Of a stretch of DNA of 64,000 bases, positions 55,175-64,000 are shown piece by piece. Made by a program: the position numbers and the translations under genes. Origin of the DNA: an uncultured Rickettsiales bacterium (GTDB lineage: Bacteria; Pseudomonadota; Alphaproteobacteria; Rickettsiales; SXRF01); assembly GCA_964535825.1 (NCBI GenBank), contig CAZHUC010000003.1, positions 6,485-70,484 of the forward strand, given 5' to 3'. Every line of letters starts with the position of its first letter. Position 1 is the stretch's first letter. The notes beneath the pieces were generated by a model, which was given only the letters and a program-made list of their open reading frames with translations, was not told the DNA's origin and did no database searches.

Positions 55175-57021
55175 TAGCATTACCCATACTACTTACACTG
55201 GCAACGGTCATTGTTCTGTTCATCTGTTTCATTAAACAGCCGGCACCGATCGAACTTCTGGCACTGGCTGCTGTCGGGTTTCTGATTGCAACAGGCCTGT
55301 TGAAGATGGAGGATTTTCTAACCGTATTCTCCAATCCGGCGGCTATGACGGTGGCAGCTATGTTCATCCTAAGTGCTGCACTCGATAAAACCGGCGTGAT
55401 CGATGCATTGGGCAAATACGCACTGGCTGTTGCCTCGAAGAGTTATCTTCTTGCGCTGGGATTGATCCTTGCGATTGTATTCACCGGGTCGTTCTTCATC
55501 AACAACACTTCTATCGTGCTTATCATGATACCCGTGATGATCGCCTTGGCACACAGCCAGTCACTTTCCGCTTCTAAGCTACTTCTGCCACTTTCTTACA
55601 TGTCGATCCTTGGCGGTACATGTACCATCATCGGTACATCCACCAACTTGTTGGTAGATGGTGTCGGTCAGCAAATGGGCATTCCTGCGTTCAGCATGTT
55701 CGAGATACTTGTGCCCGGCCTGGCTATGGCGGCGGTGGGCGGATCATATCTGCTGATCGTAGGCAGAAAACTACTGCCAGAGCGCAAATCGCTCTCTGAG
55801 TTCTTTGAGCAGCAATTCCAGAAGAAATACATTACCCAGATACATGTCAGTGAAAAATCAGGTTTTGCCGGCAAGACGCTTGCTGAAGCTGGATTCACTG
55901 AAGAGGCAGGATATCAACCGGTCAGGATCATCCGCAAGGCTGAAGAAAAGGATCATGGTATCCGCCGGTTCTTCAGTGGCTCGGAGCTTGTCAAAATTTT
56001 CCGCGAAAAGATCGAATCCAAGAATTTTACTACGGATATTGAACTGGAATCGCGTTTGGAGGTCGGCGACCGCCTGGTACTTCTCACCAGCCAGCGTCAG
56101 GTGCTGACACACGCGAATGAAGAAAACGAAGAATCAGTATTTGAAGAGAATGATGTGGCTGAAGATATGACGATCGTGATGGAAGGCATCGTCGCACCTG
56201 ACTCAAGTTTTGTTGGCAAATATGTACGCCAATTAAAATGGGGCGATAATTACGACATACATATTCTGGCGGTGCACCGCCAGAATGGCAAGATCAGCAC
56301 TGATTTCGAGGATGTACAGCTTTCAGTAGGTGATACGTTGCTCTTACGAGGCAAGGAATCAGAGATACGCACGATCCTTGAAAATGATGAATTACTGAAT
56401 CTCAGCAAACCTGTGATGGATCCGTATAATATCAAGAAAGCTCCTATTGCCATCGCGGCGATCTTCGTTTCGGTGACACTGGCAGTACTGGGCGTGCTCC
56501 CCATCGCGGGCAGTGCCTTCCTGGCTGCGGTGACCGTGGTACTGGCGGGCTGCCTGAAAACGAATGATGCTTACAAAGCCCTGCATGCGGAAGTATTGCT
56601 GCTGATCTATGCAATGCTGGGTATCAGTCTGGCAATGGAGAAGACCGGCGCGATACATTTCATCGTCAATGGCATCATGACGCTGGTGGAAGATTACCCG
56701 GCATTCGTCATCATATCGGTGTTGTACCTGATCACTTCATGTATCACTGAAATTTTCAGCAATAACGCAGCAGCCGTAATGCTAACGCCCATCGCAGTTG
56801 GTCTTGCCCAGCAGCTTGGTGTTGATCCTAAAGCTTTCGCAGTGGCCATCATGTTCGGCGCTTCGGCAAGCTTTGCCACACCGATCGGCTACCAGACCAA
56901 TACGCTCGTATTTAACGCCGGTGGTTATCGCTTTACGGATTATCTGCGCATAGGGCTGCCGATGAATATCATCATGTGGATCGCGGCGTCGATCATTATC
57001 CCTTGGTATTGGGGGCTATAA
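55171..57021 (+). CDS. SLC13/DASS-family permease with central tandem TrkA-C domains
   Basis: 616 aa. Polytopic N- and C-terminal halves with the typical ...FATPIGYQTN..V motif flank two soluble TrkA-C-like segments. The ATGA start overlaps the upstream gene. Confidence 0.85.
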   Translation: MIALPILLTLATVIVLFICFIKQPAPIELLALAAVGFLIATGLLKMEDFLTVFSNPAAMTVAAMFILSAALDKTGVIDALGKYALAVASKSYLLALGLILAIVFTGSFFINNTSIVLIMIPVMIALAHSQSLSASKLLLPLSYMSILGGTCTIIGTSTNLLVDGVGQQMGIPAFSMFEILVPGLAMAAVGGSYLLIVGRKLLPERKSLSEFFEQQFQKKYITQIHVSEKSGFAGKTLAEAGFTEEAGYQPVRIIRKAEEKDHGIRRFFSGSELVKIFREKIESKNFTTDIELESRLEVGDRLVLLTSQRQVLTHANEENEESVFEENDVAEDMTIVMEGIVAPDSSFVGKYVRQLKWGDNYDIHILAVHRQNGKISTDFEDVQLSVGDTLLLRGKESEIRTILENDELLNLSKPVMDPYNIKKAPIAIAAIFVSVTLAVLGVLPIAGSAFLAAVTVVLAGCLKTNDAYKALHAEVLLLIYAMLGISLAMEKTGAIHFIVNGIMTLVEDYPAFVIISVLYLITSCITEIFSNNAAAVMLTPIAVGLAQQLGVDPKAFAVAIMFGASASFATPIGYQTNTLVFNAGGYRFTDYLRIGLPMNIIMWIAASIIIPWYWGL

Positions 57022-57033
57022 TCATAAAGCTAT

Positions 57034-57363
57034 ATGTTGCTATTCTTCGTTGCAACCGCAAGCATGGGCTTCATCGGTTACGAATATGGGCTGAAGGGTA
57101 GGAAACGCCATGTATCCACGAGTTTGTTTGCCGTGATCATTGCCGTGGTGCTCACAATCATTCTTGATATCGACCGGCCACGTCGCGGCCTGATACAGAT
57201 CAGTGATGACAGTTTGATTCGTTTGCAGCAGGTGATCGGGCAGGATGCATTGCTTTCTGCGCCTGAAATGGAAGAAAAAAGTGAAGTAAGTGAACCACAA
57301 GCAGAAGAAGCTAAGGCAGAGGCCGAACCAGTAGAAAAACCGCAGGTGGTTACCCAGAAATAA
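57034..57363 (+). CDS. DUF4239-like membrane protein fragment (possibly truncated)
   Basis: LDIDRPRRGLIQISDDSL matches, from memory, the C-terminal 'LD.PF.G.I.VS..PL' signature of roughly 250-aa DUF4239 proteins. Only 109 codons are present. Confidence 0.35.
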   Translation: MLLFFVATASMGFIGYEYGLKGRKRHVSTSLFAVIIAVVLTIILDIDRPRRGLIQISDDSLIRLQQVIGQDALLSAPEMEEKSEVSEPQAEEAKAEAEPVEKPQVVTQK

Positions 57364-57506
57364 TTAGGGAAGGGGCAAGAGGTGGCCCCACTGCATACAT
57401 TGCTTGGGTTCAAGGAAACACTGTTCCTTGTGATCTTCACATGGCTTGCTATTGCTGGCGCGGGTAGGGCATCAGTGGATCATTTCATCGAGAAGAATTG
57501 CAGGAC

Positions 57507-58337
57507 TTAAATACTAAGCTCTTCAATCTCTACTTTGCTGCCAGAGATACTGGCGAATGAACCCGGTGGCACTTCGTGCCACAACTTGTCTGAATGATCG
57601 AGTGGCTCAGAAACAACAGCAACGCTGTTCCTTGGCATGAGTTCGTTATCCTCATGCAACTGTTTCAGGCATTCCGCATGGGTGGAATAATACTGGCTAT
57701 GCAGCTTGTCGCTTGCAGAATAACGCAATGTGTAGAGCATCTTTCCATCACTTATTGCGCAAGAAAGGATCATGTCTGTTGGAATATTGTGCGCCTCGCA
57801 GGCGCGGCCTATACGCTCTATCGTCCGCTCGATAGCTGCTTTGGGATCGACCTCAAGCCCATAGGTTAGCGCCAGCAGAAAGAAAGTCTCACTATCCGTT
57901 GTGCCGCTCAGCAAATGGAAAAGTTCAGGTGCGATATCGAACTGCAGATCACGTCTGATAATGTCAAAGTTGCCAATATATCCGTTATGCTGAAACAGCC
58001 AGTTCTTATATTTGAAAGGGTGTACGTTGCTGCGCTGGATCGAGCCAACAGATGCAGCGCGTATATGTGCCATAAAAAGTCGTGACTGTATATGGCTGCA
58101 CAATTCGCTGATATTCTCGTTGTTCCATGCGGGGCTTGGTACTTTGAATAAACCGGGTTCAGCCCTGTCGCCGTACCAGCCCATACCAAAGCCATCGCCA
58201 TTGGTTGCCAATATTGAGCCGTCTGGCTTGAAACTTAGCTGTGAATTCAGGCTTTGTTCAATCAATGAGCGAGTCGGCTTTGTGACAAGCGTATCCATAT
58301 ATATTGGTTTGCCGATATATGCGATCCATCTGCACAT
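57507..58337 (-). CDS. Class II (Ntn) glutamine amidotransferase-like protein (YafJ/EgtC-like)
   Basis: The MCRWIAYIG N-terminus puts the catalytic Cys2 in place. 276 aa, and there is no fused synthase domain. Confidence 0.85.
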   Translation of the reverse strand: MCRWIAYIGKPIYMDTLVTKPTRSLIEQSLNSQLSFKPDGSILATNGDGFGMGWYGDRAEPGLFKVPSPAWNNENISELCSHIQSRLFMAHIRAASVGSIQRSNVHPFKYKNWLFQHNGYIGNFDIIRRDLQFDIAPELFHLLSGTTDSETFFLLALTYGLEVDPKAAIERTIERIGRACEAHNIPTDMILSCAISDGKMLYTLRYSASDKLHSQYYSTHAECLKQLHEDNELMPRNSVAVVSEPLDHSDKLWHEVPPGSFASISGSKVEIEELSI

Positions 58338-58477
58338 TTGTAATTTTCCTTTATTTTCTTGGTGTTTTCACGATTTTTTTGCAGGTCCTTTTTCCTTGAA
58401 CTGCTGGTCGATACTCCTATACTTCCTTCTGGAAACATTAGTGCACAAATTATATTAACAATCAATGGTGACATATC

Positions 58478-60259
58478 ATGTGTGGTATTGCGGGAGAATA
58501 TCAGTTTGGACGAGGAGACCTGCCTCACTCCCAGTTGGAAAAAGTTAACCAGAAGCAGCGCGCGCGTGGGCCAGATGGCAACGGCGTGTATTATCTGAAT
58601 GGATTAGCGCTTGCGCATCGCCGCCTCAAGATCTTCGATCTTACCGATCGTGCGGCACAGCCCATGATCGATCATGTGCTTGGGCTGGCGCTGGTATTCA
58701 ACGGCGCGATCTATAATTACCTGGAATTACGCGAAGAATTGCAGGCAAAAGGTTATCAGTTCATTTCGGGTAGTGACACAGAAGTGCTACTCAAAGCCTA
58801 TCATGCCTGGGGAACAGCATGTATCCCACGCCTCCGTGGGATGTTCGCATTCGCTATTTGGGAGCGTGATACCGAGAAGCTAGTGCTTGCGCGTGACCGC
58901 ATGGGTATCAAGCCTCTCTATTATGCCAACTCAGCGAATGGCTTTAAGTTTGCTTCTACGCTGCCGGCATTGCTTGAATTCAACGGTATTGATACATCTA
59001 TCAATAAAACAGCGCTGCATTATTACCTGACGTTCCATGCCATTCCTGAACCACATACGTTGCTTAAAGGAGTAAAGAAATTACCGCCTGCATCCATCAT
59101 GACCGTGCATGCCGATGGAAAGATCGAACAGTCGACATACTGGCAATTGCAGGTCAATGAAGAAAAAACCATCCAGTCTCGTAATGAACAGGACTGGCTC
59201 AAGGCAACGCATGAAGCGCTGATGGTCGCCACAGACCGCCAGCTTGCGGCGGATGTGCCGGTTGGGGTGTTATTGTCGGGAGGACTGGATTCTTCTTTGA
59301 TGGTTGCGCTTGCAGCACAAATTCATGGCCAGAAGATCGAAACATTCTCGATCGGTTTTGAAAGCAGCAATGGCGTGCAGGGGGATGAATTTTATTATTC
59401 TGATCTGGTTGCCAAGCATTTCAATACCAAACACCGGCAGATGCATATTTCAAACAAGCAACTTGTAGATGCCTTGCCGGCATGTGTCTCGGCAATGTCC
59501 GAGCCCATGGTCAGCCATGATAATATCGGATTCTACCTTCTGTCACAGGAAGTGGCGAAGCATGTAAAAGTTGTGCTCTCGGGGCAGGGGGCAGACGAGA
59601 TACTGGCCGGCTATCACTGGTTTCAGACGTTACCATCAGATGCGATGCCTGCAAAAGAGATGGCAGCATTACTGCATGCCAAGGTGGCAGATCGTCCTTA
59701 TGCTGAATATAAAGCGCTGGTTACGCCGGACTATGTATCTTCGAACAAGTCACTGGCATTCTTTGAGGAGCTTTGTAAGAAGAATGGCTCAAAATACGCT
59801 ATCGATAACCTGCTGGTGTATGAAAGCGGGTTCGCACTGGCGAATGGGCCACTGGAGCGTGTTGATAACATGACCATGGCGGCAAGCCTTGAAGCAAGAG
59901 TGCCATTCTTAGATGAGGTCATGGTCGATCTGGCGATGACGATGCCAATATCGTTCAAGCTGCGAGATGGCGGTAAATATATCCTGAAGCAGCTGGCGCG
60001 AAAGATGCTGCCCAAAGAGGTGGTAGATCGCCCGAAAGGTTACTTCCCTGTGCCGGCGCTCACGCATATGCAGGGCAGTACGCTTGAGCTCATGCATGAG
60101 GTGCTATCGCCCAAGAATATCAAGGAACGCGGCATATTTAATCTGGAAATCGTAGAAGATATGCTACATAACCCTGCCAAACATTTAACACCCACTGGTG
60201 GTTCAAAACTATGGCAGGTTGGTCTGCTTGAGTATTGGCTGCAACAACAAGGCCTATAG
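58478..60259 (+). CDS. Asparagine-synthase-family glutamine-hydrolysing amidotransferase (AsnO-like)
   Basis: MCGIAGE N-terminal Ntn domain (HRRLKI.DL, FNG.IYN, DTEV) plus the C-terminal PP-loop SGGLDSS. The N-terminal pattern resembles the NAGGN-type AsnO amidotransferases as I remember them. Confidence 0.85.
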   Translation: MCGIAGEYQFGRGDLPHSQLEKVNQKQRARGPDGNGVYYLNGLALAHRRLKIFDLTDRAAQPMIDHVLGLALVFNGAIYNYLELREELQAKGYQFISGSDTEVLLKAYHAWGTACIPRLRGMFAFAIWERDTEKLVLARDRMGIKPLYYANSANGFKFASTLPALLEFNGIDTSINKTALHYYLTFHAIPEPHTLLKGVKKLPPASIMTVHADGKIEQSTYWQLQVNEEKTIQSRNEQDWLKATHEALMVATDRQLAADVPVGVLLSGGLDSSLMVALAAQIHGQKIETFSIGFESSNGVQGDEFYYSDLVAKHFNTKHRQMHISNKQLVDALPACVSAMSEPMVSHDNIGFYLLSQEVAKHVKVVLSGQGADEILAGYHWFQTLPSDAMPAKEMAALLHAKVADRPYAEYKALVTPDYVSSNKSLAFFEELCKKNGSKYAIDNLLVYESGFALANGPLERVDNMTMAASLEARVPFLDEVMVDLAMTMPISFKLRDGGKYILKQLARKMLPKEVVDRPKGYFPVPALTHMQGSTLELMHEVLSPKNIKERGIFNLEIVEDMLHNPAKHLTPTGGSKLWQVGLLEYWLQQQGL

Positions 60260-60267
60260 GTAGTATA

Positions 60268-61470
60268 ATGACACAGCCGTCGCAGCACGCAATGCAACCT
60301 GTTTTTCATGAAGCTGGCTCTACTTCTGTCTCCGAGCAGACAAAGGACGAGATCGAGTTCCAGACGGCTGGTACGCTGACACTTGGCGTAGAGATCGAAT
60401 TGCAGCTGATCGATAAAACTACGCTAAATTTGTTGCCGCGCGCTGAGGAGTTACTGAAAGCGACGACACATCTGCCGCGCGTGAAACCGGAGTTTTACCT
60501 AAGCACTATCGAGATAAATACCAATAAATGTAATACGGTTCAGGAAGTGGAGTCTGATTTTCGTGAGACCATCACAGGAATCACACCTGTGGTAGATAAA
60601 CTTAATATCGCACTTTCTACTACGGGGGCACATCCATTCGCTAAATACTCGGATTGCATCATCTCGCAGTCCGAGCGTTATCAGGAGCTCATTGACCGTA
60701 ACCAATGGCTTACACGACGCATGACCGTATATGGCCTGCATGTGCATATAGGCATGGCATCGGGCGATGATTGCATCAGGTTCAATAATTTCTTCATGTA
60801 TTTCCTGCCTCATCTGCTGGCGCTCTCTTCAAGCTCACCCTTCTGGCAGGGTGTTGATACCGGTCTTTCTTCCTGCCGCCCGACCACCTATGAGGCACTG
60901 CCAACGGCAGGTCAGCCCTACCATGTGCGGAACTGGAAAGATTTCGAGAGCCTTTACGAGTCGCTGAAAAAATGCGGTTCGATCAAAACATTAAAGGACC
61001 TGTGGTGGGACATGCGGCCGAGCCCTGGCTACGGCACGCTGGAGATTCGTGTTTGTGATGGATGCGCAACGCTTTATGAAGTGCTTGCGATCACGGCATT
61101 CATTCATTCTCTGGCGCATTGGTTCAACGATAACGGCAGTTGGCTGGAATCAGTGAACTATCCTCCGCGCTGGATATCCCGGGAAAATAAATGGCGGGTT
61201 ATTCGCTATGGCCTTGATGCTGACCTGGTGATCAATATCGATGGACGTACCAGACTGCTAAGGGACGATGTGAAAGAGTGGGTAGAAAAAGTGAAGCCGT
61301 ACGCGGAAAAATTGGGCTATCAGGGGTATCTTGCCAACTTGCTTACTTTGATGGAGCGTGGCACCAGTTCAGAACGCCAGCGTAGGGTATACAATAAAAC
61401 AGAATCCTTCGAAGCGGTCATGCACCACAACCTCAAGGAATTCCTGACCCAACAACCACAGTGGTCGTAA
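60268..61470 (+). CDS. Carboxylate-amine ligase, GCS2/YbdK family
   Basis: TLGVEIELQLID, H.H.G and WWD.RP....T.E.R..D motifs typical of YbdK-type gamma-glutamyl ligases. Start is taken at MTQPSQH; the track start at 60235 overlaps the upstream gene by 25 nt. Confidence 0.85.
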   Translation: MTQPSQHAMQPVFHEAGSTSVSEQTKDEIEFQTAGTLTLGVEIELQLIDKTTLNLLPRAEELLKATTHLPRVKPEFYLSTIEINTNKCNTVQEVESDFRETITGITPVVDKLNIALSTTGAHPFAKYSDCIISQSERYQELIDRNQWLTRRMTVYGLHVHIGMASGDDCIRFNNFFMYFLPHLLALSSSSPFWQGVDTGLSSCRPTTYEALPTAGQPYHVRNWKDFESLYESLKKCGSIKTLKDLWWDMRPSPGYGTLEIRVCDGCATLYEVLAITAFIHSLAHWFNDNGSWLESVNYPPRWISRENKWRVIRYGLDADLVINIDGRTRLLRDDVKEWVEKVKPYAEKLGYQGYLANLLTLMERGTSSERQRRVYNKTESFEAVMHHNLKEFLTQQPQWS

Positions 61471-61582
61471 GTATGCTCGTCACCATTGTGCGGCGCACAA
61501 TGGGCGGGGTGAGAATTCGCTTCCAAATTTACCCATTTCATGGTTTTTAGCCAACCGTAGATGGTATCTAACAGGGGTTCGA

Positions 61583-64000
61583 ATGGCACAGTCTGCGCTG
61601 CAACATAAAGACGTTTCGCTGGACGATAAATTTACGCTCGAGACAGGGCAGGCATTCATGTCTGGTCTGCAAGCCTTGGCGCGTATCGCGATCGTGCAAA
61701 AACGCCGGGATCTGGCAGCTGGCCTCAATACAGGTGGTTTCATCTCTGGGTATCGTGGCTCTCCGCTGGGTGCACTTGACCGCGAGCTTGCGAGTGCCAA
61801 CCGCTATTACAAGAACATGGATGTTGTATTCCTACCCGGCGTCAATGAGGATCTCGCCGCCACGGCAGTGTGGGGTACGCAGCAGGTGGGTTTGCTGCCT
61901 GCAGCAAAAAAAGAAGGTGTGTTCGGCATATGGTATGGCAAAGCGCCGGGTGTTGACCGCTCGATCGACGTGATGCGCCACGCCAACGCCAACGGCACTG
62001 CGCCTAAAGGTGGCGTACTTGCTATCGTGGGTGATGACCATGGCTGTAAATCTTCCACACTTTCCTGCCAGAGCGATCATGTGCTGTCTGCGATGCAGAT
62101 GCCGATGCTCTATCCGGAAAGCCTCTCGGAATTTGTGGAATACGGGTTGCTTGGCATCGCCATGAGTCGTTATTCCGGCTGCTGGACCGCTCTTAAAGTG
62201 ACCACCGCTACGGTGGAAACCTCTGGCACGGTGGACCTGACCAGCGAGCAGCGGGATATCCTCATGCCGACGGAGGCGGAATTTACCATGCCACCGGGCG
62301 GCGTGCATATCCGCCTGAATGACATACCGCGTGATATCGACTGGCGCTTGCAGAACTACAAACTCTTCGCCTGCCATGCGTTCGCCCGCAAGAACAAGAT
62401 AGACCGTATCGTGATGGATTCGCCCAAGCCACGCATCGGTATCATCACTGCCGGCAAATCCTATGGCGATGTGCGTCAGGCACTGATCGACCTCGGCATC
62501 ACCGATGAGGTCGCACGCGATATTGGCCTGCGTGTTTACAAGGTCGGCATGCCATGGCCTTTGGAGCCGCAAGGTATCCGCGCCGCCGTTGAAGGGCTGG
62601 AAGAAGTACTTATCATTGAAGAGAAGCGCGAATTCATCGAATTCCAGTTGAAACAATATGTATACAACCTTGATGCAAGCAAACGTCCGGCCACCATCGT
62701 TGGTAAATATGATGAAAAGGGTGAACGCCTGCTGCCGCTGGAGAACGATCATTCCGTAGGCATGGTGACGCATGTCATCGCCAAACGCCTGCGCCGCTTC
62801 TACCACAACGAGAAGGTAGAAAAAGCGCTGAAATTCTATGACGATTTCAATGTCCGTGAAAAGAATTACCTGCCGCCTTCGTTGAGAAGGCCATATTATT
62901 GCGCGGGTTGTCCGCATAACACCTCCACCAAAGTACCCGATGGGAGCTTTGCCATGGTGGGCATTGGCTGCCATTACATGGTGCAGTGGATGGATCGTAA
63001 CTCAGCACTGTGCACCCATATGGGTGGTGAAGGTGTGCCTTGGGTGGGTGCTGCGCCGTTCTCCGATACCAAACATATTTTCGCGAATCTTGGCGATGGT
63101 ACATATTTCCATTCCGGACTGCTCGCCATCCGTCAGGCGATCGCCGCGAAGGTGAACATCACCTACAAGATCCTTTATAACGACGCGGTGGCTATGACCG
63201 GTGGTCAGGCGGTGGACGGCGAAATGCCGGTATACCGTGTGGCACAGCAGGTGATGGCGGAAGGTGTATCCAAGTGCTGGCTGGTGACCGAACGGCCGGA
63301 ACTGTATAATGACCGCAGCCAGATCCCATCGGAAGTTCCTATCCTGCACCGCGCATGGATGGATAATATCCAGAAGGAAGCGCGCGAAACACCTGGTACG
63401 ACCATAATCATCTACGACCAGACCTGCGCCGCGGAAAAACGCCGCCGCAGGAAACGCGGTAAATATCCTGATCCTGCCAAGCGTATCTTCATCAACAAGT
63501 CTGTGTGTGAAGGTTGTGGCGATTGCTCGGTACAGTCAAATTGTATGGCGGTGCAGCCGGTGGAAACTGAATATGGCCGCAAACGCACGATCAACCAGTC
63601 GATGTGCAACAAGGATTTCTCCTGCCTGAAGGGCTTCTGCCCATCATTCGTGACCGTATTGGGCGGAGAACCTAAAAAGACCAAGGCTGGCTCGGTCGAT
63701 GATATGTTCGCGTCATTGCCGAATCCCCGTGTGCCGGATATGGGTGCAGAAGCCTATAACATCATGGTCACCGGTATCGGTGGTACAGGGGTACTCACGA
63801 TCGGTGCATTGCTTGGTATGGCCTCGCATCTTGAAGGCAAGCATTGCCGCGTGCTCGACCAGACCGGACTTGCTCAAAAAGGCGGTGAGGTGCTCTCGCA
63901 TGTGCGCCTTGCAAACAGCCTTGATTCTATCAGCACCGGCCATATCACCACCGGCGGTTCTGACCTGCTCATGGCATGTGACGTGGTGGCATCGGTCGGA
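61583..64000 (+). CDS. Indolepyruvate ferredoxin oxidoreductase family protein (fused alpha/beta), 3' end beyond window
   Basis: This ORF is not in the ORF track because no stop lies in the window. Hand translation from ATG 61583 (AGGGG lies 6 nt upstream) gives MAQSALQHKDVSLDDKF.LE.G..FMSG.QAL.R......RRD...GLNT.GFISGYRGSPLG. The frame stays open for 806 codons to base 64000 and contains the CEGCGDCSVQSNC...CNKDFSCLKGFCPSFVTV ferredoxin-like motif. Confidence 0.9.
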   Translation, partial: MAQSALQHKDVSLDDKFTLETGQAFMSGLQALARIAIVQKRRDLAAGLNTGGFISGYRGSPLGALDRELASANRYYKNMDVVFLPGVNEDLAATAVWGTQQVGLLPAAKKEGVFGIWYGKAPGVDRSIDVMRHANANGTAPKGGVLAIVGDDHGCKSSTLSCQSDHVLSAMQMPMLYPESLSEFVEYGLLGIAMSRYSGCWTALKVTTATVETSGTVDLTSEQRDILMPTEAEFTMPPGGVHIRLNDIPRDIDWRLQNYKLFACHAFARKNKIDRIVMDSPKPRIGIITAGKSYGDVRQALIDLGITDEVARDIGLRVYKVGMPWPLEPQGIRAAVEGLEEVLIIEEKREFIEFQLKQYVYNLDASKRPATIVGKYDEKGERLLPLENDHSVGMVTHVIAKRLRRFYHNEKVEKALKFYDDFNVREKNYLPPSLRRPYYCAGCPHNTSTKVPDGSFAMVGIGCHYMVQWMDRNSALCTHMGGEGVPWVGAAPFSDTKHIFANLGDGTYFHSGLLAIRQAIAAKVNITYKILYNDAVAMTGGQAVDGEMPVYRVAQQVMAEGVSKCWLVTERPELYNDRSQIPSEVPILHRAWMDNIQKEARETPGTTIIIYDQTCAAEKRRRRKRGKYPDPAKRIFINKSVCEGCGDCSVQSNCMAVQPVETEYGRKRTINQSMCNKDFSCLKGFCPSFVTVLGGEPKKTKAGSVDDMFASLPNPRVPDMGAEAYNIMVTGIGGTGVLTIGALLGMASHLEGKHCRVLDQTGLAQKGGEVLSHVRLANSLDSISTGHITTGGSDLLMACDVVASVG

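Noticed and set aside
61832-62974. 380-aa ORF on the minus strand, one of the longest in the track for this region
   Set aside because: It lies entirely antisense to the indolepyruvate-oxidoreductase-family gene, which has unmistakable conserved motifs on the plus strand. Its translation is Arg/His/Gly-biased nonsense typical of a shadow ORF in GC-rich coding DNA.

Overview
This 64 kb window looks like an alphaproteobacterial chromosome segment, judged from a MipZ-type ParA ATPase and the conserved glyA-nrdR-ribD-ribE-ribBA-ribH-nusB-thiL block. Reading left to right:

1. **1-15.6 kb, housekeeping core.** It holds comM, a cobalamin riboswitch in front of two uncharacterised genes, the riboflavin/nusB/thiL/nrdR/glyA/rpiB block, mipZ, murJ, cutA and tRNA-Gln.
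2. **15.6-31 kb, type I secretion module.** It encodes an extremely acidic non-RTX protein with 13 tandem 21-aa repeats, two different ABC exporters (one with a degenerate ATPase site, one with a Cys-less C39-like domain), a HlyD-type fusion protein and TolC. A multi-component phosphorelay is translationally coupled to the transporter genes.
3. **31.2-45.4 kb, integrative island (about 14.1 kb).** It sits in a tRNA-Met(CAT) gene and is bounded by a perfect 49-bp direct repeat. It carries a tyrosine integrase, an excisionase-like gene, a Rep_trans-like gene, a czcCBA metal-efflux operon and, next to the tRNA, an unexplained operon of one multi-pass membrane protein plus two ComEC-type metallo-beta-lactamase-fold proteins. 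That operon is my top candidate for an undescribed system, possibly anti-phage or anti-DNA defence.
4. **45.8-53.4 kb, six-gene envelope operon.** It encodes three exported proteins including a large beta-barrel, an ECF sigma factor, an anti-sigma factor and an exported S8 subtilase. A 25-bp perfect direct repeat brackets the operon.
5. **53.6-61.5 kb, amide-bond enzyme cluster.** It holds a GNAT-nitrilase fusion, an SLC13 permease, an EgtC-like class II amidotransferase, an AsnO-like amidotransferase and a GCS2/YbdK-type ligase, with two gene remnants between them.
6. **61.6-64 kb.** This is the 5' part of an indolepyruvate-ferredoxin-oxidoreductase-family gene, cut by the window edge.

I found no rRNA genes, CRISPR arrays or IS elements. 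All functional calls rest on motif and family recognition by eye from the supplied translations. No database search was run.
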